A DNA stretch of 40,833 bases from Candidatus Bathyarchaeota archaeon. GTDB lineage: Archaea; Thermoproteota; Bathyarchaeia; 40CM-2-53-6. Within the stretch, counting starts at the first letter, position 1. Every line of letters begins with the position of its first letter. Positions 36,380 through 40,833 of this stretch are shown piece by piece. A model generated the notes under the pieces. It was not told where the DNA came from, did no database searches, and saw only the letters and a list, made by a program, of their open reading frames with translations. A program made the position numbers and the translations under genes. The stretch covers positions 1 through 40,833 of the forward strand of contig VBAY01000033.1 of NCBI GenBank assembly GCA_005883085.1, in the 5' to 3' direction.

Positions 36380-36859
36380 TCAAGGTGCTTCCACTAAACG
36401 TAACCGGGCGATTATTGGCCTCTTGACGGACCATTGCCTACCTGATAGCATCTTGTCCGTGATCCATCGAGGTAATAAGGGTGAACCCGTTCTCTTGTAT
36501 CGCAATATTCGCCGAAACGTGTCGCCCTCATATGATGTCAGAACGTCACTGGCGGATACGTTCACTGATGCTTGGGTACCAGAGCAGTTGGCACTAGCCA
36601 GAAGCGAGGAGTTGAGATCAAATGAATTATTGAAATTGGTCCCAGTTAGGGCGAAGGTCATTACCCCATTATACTCGCCTCGGAACTGAACGATAGCACA
36701 CCCGGAGATCGACTCAGTGATAATACCGAAGAACAGGGGCCCTGCGCTCTTGACCCAGAACTCTTGGATCTCACAGTCTAGTTATTCAGGGTCATCTTGT
36801 ACACGAAACGAGTCATGGTCTATCTGCAATATCACAATGTTGGATTGCGCTGCAGGACA
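36380..36859 (-). pseudogene. Possible decayed gene for a beta-rich protein
   Basis: The frame of the 93-aa ORF stays open upstream (LDCEIQEFWVKSAGPLFFG...) and continues past a single TAA at ~36782-36784. No family recognised. Confidence 0.25.
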
Positions 36860-36897
36860 TGGCTGATCACCAGGCGAAGTCTTCGTTTTTCATGCAC

Positions 36898-37665
36898 CTA
36901 GTTTCGGGCAATAGTCGCAAACAAGTGGCGGGCATCAAGCCATCGGCTCACATATTTTCTCTCTCTAAGATAGTCCTCGAGTGCCACTTTGGTACTTTGG
37001 TCGTCTACCTCTATCACCCACCTGAGAATCCTTCCGGCCCGTATGCTCATCTCAGCACCCTTGATCACTTTCCACTCTGCACCCTCTACGTCCACCTTCG
37101 CGAGGTCCACTGTTTCATTTACTATTGAGTCTAGCTTGATTGTCCGAACAGGTAGTTGCTGGGTTCCCCCCTTCTTCATGATTGAATGTTCGCCCCTTTT
37201 CCTCTGAAGGTGCAGTATGGCCGTTCCATCCGTGTCTGAGACAGCCTCGTTCCGTGCAATAACATTGCGGAGCCTGCCAGCGGCGATAGTGGACTTCAGC
37301 ATTGCCAAATTTTGGGGATGAGGTTCGAAAGCAAGTATGGTTTCAAAATTCTTCGAGAGAATCGCAGTGTAGTAACCGATGTTAGCACCTATGTCAAGGA
37401 AGATTTTTCCTTTTACGCCAAGAACCGCTTGGGTTAATTCTTTCTCGAATGAGTATCTTGTTCTGACATCTATCCATGTTCTAACGATTTCCGGAAACTT
37501 GAGCTTCTCAAGGTAGTCGCATGTCGAAGCAATGCCTCCTTCGAAGAAGACTCTGTAACTCTCCATCCTGCCGAGGAGTAATCTAGATATTCTTCTAAGG
37601 GCTAGGTAGGGCATTACGAGAATCACAAAGGCGATGTTGAGTCTCATTTCCAACTCCCAGTCCAA
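36898..37665 (-). CDS. FkbM-family methyltransferase
   Basis: FLDIGANIGYY, AFEP, AVSD, KVDVEGAE. Confidence 0.9.
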   Translation of the reverse strand: MDWELEMRLNIAFVILVMPYLALRRISRLLLGRMESYRVFFEGGIASTCDYLEKLKFPEIVRTWIDVRTRYSFEKELTQAVLGVKGKIFLDIGANIGYYTAILSKNFETILAFEPHPQNLAMLKSTIAAGRLRNVIARNEAVSDTDGTAILHLQRKRGEHSIMKKGGTQQLPVRTIKLDSIVNETVDLAKVDVEGAEWKVIKGAEMSIRAGRILRWVIEVDDQSTKVALEDYLRERKYVSRWLDARHLFATIARN

Positions 37666-37797
37666 CCTCCACTGCCCTGCACACTAATGGTGGTCCTTCC
37701 GTGTTGGCGAGGAATCCCCGTTTCGGGTCTGGGACTATTATTCTTGTGGCTGGTCTTATCGGGAGGACCCGTGCATGATGACATTCTATGCAACAGG

Positions 37798-38451
37798 CTA
37801 ATCCCGAGAATGCTTTCTCTCAACGAAGGCGTATCCGAGAATAACGCCCCAGATCGTTCCAAAACCTAACACGGCCAAGGTATCCAATCCAGGGACGAAA
37901 TACAGATGATTGAAGACAATCAGCCAGAAGGTCACGAGTAAACCGAAGTAAATGTAATTGTGTTGGTGACCGACCGCTCTCTGAGTATATCTCAAGACTT
38001 GGATAGGCAAACCAATGGGAAACTTCGCCATTGGCGCCAGAACCAAGAATAGCCAACTCACTGGCGCGAGTACTATCAGCCAGTTAATGCTGGCATTCCA
38101 CGGCGCTCGGAGCAACTGAAAAGTTCCCATGAACGCGTAGGCGATGAAGAAGGTGAGTCCTAAGACTTGGCTGTACCAGAGGAAGGCGATGTCGATCAAG
38201 GCCAATACTGTTATCCAGAGTCGTCCGCTGTATCTCACCGCGCGTACTATTGGTACATTGATAGCGTACCAGATCAAACCGTAGGGGACATAGGAAAATC
38301 CAGGGTCATACCTGACAATCTTTCGCAGGTTGGATAGGCCCGGGAGAATGTAGAATGTTATGTCTTTGTGAACCGGCCGTCTGAGGATCCAAACAAGCCG
38401 GAAGATAGTTACGAAGATGATTGTGGCTATGATCTCCAGCGTCAATACCAT
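37798..38451 (-). CDS. Multi-pass membrane protein of unknown function
   Basis: About 6-7 hydrophobic segments with aromatic loop motifs (YVPYGLIWY, GHQHNY). Confidence 0.75.
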   Translation of the reverse strand: MVLTLEIIATIIFVTIFRLVWILRRPVHKDITFYILPGLSNLRKIVRYDPGFSYVPYGLIWYAINVPIVRAVRYSGRLWITVLALIDIAFLWYSQVLGLTFFIAYAFMGTFQLLRAPWNASINWLIVLAPVSWLFLVLAPMAKFPIGLPIQVLRYTQRAVGHQHNYIYFGLLVTFWLIVFNHLYFVPGLDTLAVLGFGTIWGVILGYAFVERKHSRD

Positions 38452-38517
38452 TCAGTTGTCCCTAGAGGTGGCGGGAGCTCCGGTGTCTTTAGCCTTTCAA
38501 GTCATGACTTCAAAAGT

Positions 38518-39183
38518 CTAGCTGCACAACAACCAGCTCTGCATCTGATTGAATCTATTCTGTTGTCTGATTTCTTTGATCGTATAATCGTAGGATTCGA
38601 GTAATACTCGGATTCTTCTGACTGACTCTGGGTTATGAGTCTCAATTACAAGCCGTGGTTTTTGTTTTAGAGTTTCCTGAGCCCCCTCAAGTACTGGAAG
38701 TTCATTTCCTTCCGTGTCAATCTTTAGTAAGGATGGTTTGAGCTTAAAGCTGTCAAGCGTACGCATCGGGACGATATCTCCTTTCTTGCCGTTCTGACGC
38801 CCGCCTGCAATCGGCATTTCTCTTTCCGTGTTTGAGATCGCTGCTGCGATCACAATAATGTTGGGAAGCTTGTTCAGTTTGACGTTCGTCCGAAGTATCT
38901 TGTTGGCTGTGGGGTTGGGCTCGAAAGCTATTACTTGGCGGAAACTCCGTGTCGCTCTGAGAGACCAGGTCCCTACGTGAGCTCCAACGTCAACGAAGAG
39001 GTCCCCCTTGAATGGGTGGACTAGAGATCGTAGCCAATCTTCATGAGTCATAGGAAAATTTGTCCCTCGGACGTACCAGACAAATCCATCAGCTCTTCGT
39101 AGGCCGGTGATCCAGTTCGCTCGATATCTCGGACGGACTAGGACACGTATAGCATGTAACGGAGTCCGACGTCTATCTGCCAT
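38518..39183 (-). CDS. FkbM-family methyltransferase (second, divergent)
   Basis: FVDVGAHVG, AFEPNP, KIDTEGNE, IETH. Confidence 0.9.
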   Translation of the reverse strand: MADRRRTPLHAIRVLVRPRYRANWITGLRRADGFVWYVRGTNFPMTHEDWLRSLVHPFKGDLFVDVGAHVGTWSLRATRSFRQVIAFEPNPTANKILRTNVKLNKLPNIIVIAAAISNTEREMPIAGGRQNGKKGDIVPMRTLDSFKLKPSLLKIDTEGNELPVLEGAQETLKQKPRLVIETHNPESVRRIRVLLESYDYTIKEIRQQNRFNQMQSWLLCS

Positions 39184-39242
39184 GGTATCACGAGCTTCTG
39201 CGCCCTCATTCGTGCAGCCATATGACCGAAAAGGTTGGCTAG

Positions 39243-39500
39243 CTAGCTTGTGTTATGGAGTTTTGTCCCGCAGTTCTTGCAGTACACCGCTTCTGCAGGG
39301 TTGTCAGTATTACATGAGATGCAGATGTTCCGATTGTCGATGGGTCTGGGAATGGTAAACGTTCTGTTCGCTCCAGCGTAAAAATTGAATTTGTCTCCGC
39401 GCTCGCATCTGAACCTTGAAACTTGGTATTGTTGAAATCTCCATTCTCTTTCTGGCGGGCCGGATACTTCGACTCCGCATTTTGGACAGCTTATGCTCAT
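39243..39500 (-). CDS. Small zinc-ribbon protein
   Basis: MSISCPKCG...C..G.KF and C-terminal CISC...NP.EAVYCKNCG.KL. Confidence 0.75.
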   Translation of the reverse strand: MSISCPKCGVEVSGPPEREWRFQQYQVSRFRCERGDKFNFYAGANRTFTIPRPIDNRNICISCNTDNPAEAVYCKNCGTKLHNTS

Positions 39501-39573
39501 AGATTCCCCGAACACTGTTCAGGGTCAAATCTGATATTTAAGATGAGAGACTCACCAGGCTGTCGCGATGCCT

Positions 39574-39747
39574 TCACGGTGAGACTTCTTCGTCCCACGA
39601 TCCTATTTCTGAATTCTCCAGCTCGGTAACGACCGCATGCATCTTTCCTACCGTCATGCCACCGTCAACGGCAACTTCGAAGACGCCCAGCATGAATGGT
39701 CCGGCTCTTTTCAGCCGAAGCTCTTTGATACCCTCCACCTGGTGCAT
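39574..39747 (-). pseudogene. Fragment of a cation diffusion facilitator C-terminal dimerisation domain
   Basis: Manual translation MHQVEGIKELRLKRAGPFMLGVFEVAVDGGMTVGKMHAVVTELENS; the plausible continuation (RNRIVGRRSLTVKAS) is in another frame; no TM domain. Confidence 0.55.
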
Positions 39748-39802
39748 ACCAGATTTAAGACGAGTCTAAAAGACAGTTGCAGAATCGAGCCTCCTAACGT
39801 AA

Positions 39803-39912
39803 TGGCGCCGGGGGTGGGATTTGAACCCACGAGGGCCTAAGGCCCATCGGATCTCCGCAACCAGCAATATGGCTTAGCAATCCGACGCCCTACCAGGCTA
39901 GGCGACCCCGGC
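39803..39912 (-). tRNA. tRNA-Ser(GCT) with a 22-nt intron at 37/38 and encoded CCA
   Basis: Acceptor GCCGGGG/CCCCGGC with G discriminator plus CCA; anticodon stem TCGGA/TCCGA with TT-GCT-A; long variable arm GGGCC-TTA-GGCCC; T arm GTGGG-TTCAAAT-CCCAC; intron at 39853-39874. Confidence 0.95.
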
Positions 39913-40105
39913 CAACCAAGCTGAGACAAAATGATCGTCTAATAACTGTTCAACAACACAATATCACTTTCAAACAGGGCATGACCGCCAGCGAACTTCC
40001 CGCATAGGCAAGAGTTGAAACAAAACTGAAGACCCAACCCCTTCCTCAGGTAAGATCCAGCATGTCAGCCGCAAGGATATCTCGCGAGAGCAGGGAAAGC
40101 GAATA

Positions 40106-40833
40106 ATGGTCCAGCCACACGAGACGGTTTCAGCATCACGGCGGTTGAGCATCCTACTTATCGCGCTTTCCATTGCATCGCTAGTATCAATTTCGCCTAG
40201 CATTTTTCACTCTGTTCATGCCGCAGGACTTGTCTATGTGGATCGTCCGACGACGGCAGCAGGCTCTGCGGGTACAGTTGTTACAGTACGAGTACAGGTA
40301 GCTGGTGTGGACCCTTTCAATGGTTGGGATATGCAGGTCGAATCCAATCAGTCTGTGATCAGTCCCATATCTCTGTCAATAACAGGGAACGGCCTCGAAG
40401 CTAACTACAGCGAGAACGTCCTTGAGATAGTGAGTTGCATAAACGGCGTGAGTTATACCACGAGCCACTGCGACTCGTCCGACGGACCTGGCATTGTGCA
40501 TTCTGCAGCAGTTGCTCACCAAGTCAATCCTCCAACCATTGGTTCCGTCTACGGGTTACTCTTTACAATTAATTACACAGTGATTCGCATAGGGTTGTAC
40601 AGTCCCATACAGATTCTGAGAGCCATCATCCTCAACGGCCAAGATCCCGTCTCGGTAACAACCCGTGATGGAACCTACGGCATCCCCTTTGGTCAAGGCT
40701 TCAGCCTGACAGCCTCCCCGGATTTTCCGAGAATAGCGATAGGGTCCAAAGCAAATGTCACATTTACTGTTTCAAGCTACGGCGGCTACGCTGGAACAAT
40801 AGATCTTACCCTAGGAACACAGCCTCCCGGCCT
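40106..40833 (+). CDS. Secreted surface protein with cohesin-like domain (runs off the window end; absent from the ORF track)
   Basis: ATG 40106; signal peptide RRLSILLIALSIASLVSI...VHA; then VTVRVQVAGVDPFNGWDMQV..NQSVI and an Ig-like FSLTASP...VTFTVSSYGGYAGTIDL segment. Confidence 0.75.
   Translation, partial: MVQPHETVSASRRLSILLIALSIASLVSISPSIFHSVHAAGLVYVDRPTTAAGSAGTVVTVRVQVAGVDPFNGWDMQVESNQSVISPISLSITGNGLEANYSENVLEIVSCINGVSYTTSHCDSSDGPGIVHSAAVAHQVNPPTIGSVYGLLFTINYTVIRIGLYSPIQILRAIILNGQDPVSVTTRDGTYGIPFGQGFSLTASPDFPRIAIGSKANVTFTVSSYGGYAGTIDLTLGTQPPG

Noticed and set aside
39803..39830. att-site duplication of the tRNA 3' end marking an integrated element
   Set aside because: I found no second copy of the tRNA end and no integrase in the window.

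Overview
Archaeal chromosomal segment, most likely TACK lineage and plausibly Bathyarchaeia (inference from gene content and order, not a database result). The left ~23 kb mixes housekeeping and accessory genes: a class-V aminotransferase, DRG GTPase, a thrB-thrC-hom-lysC operon, HtpX, UbiE/MenG, transporters, MsrB, an S53 peptidase, an NHL-repeat surface protein, Lhr helicase and GcvH. An SPFH/zinc-ribbon operon follows. Next is the conserved informational superoperon csl4-rpoL-(HAD)-RNase III-like-DUF99-tfs-pcn-priL-priS-GINS-rpl44e-rps27e-aIF2a-nop10. After it come aglB, a variable-looking FkbM region ending at an intron-containing tRNA-Ser(GCT), and a truncated cohesin-like secreted protein. 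The most notable observations are: (1) apparent non-canonical initiation (ACG or ATC for GINS, ACG for rpl44e, CTG for a HAD hydrolase) on a TTG-heavy start-codon background; (2) an unannotated ~130-bp intergenic element present twice, 15.77 kb apart, with a conserved hairpin; (3) a dispersed, PspA-less membrane-stress-like gene set that includes an EF-hand-bearing HtpX. No CRISPR array, rRNA, integrase or transposase was seen.
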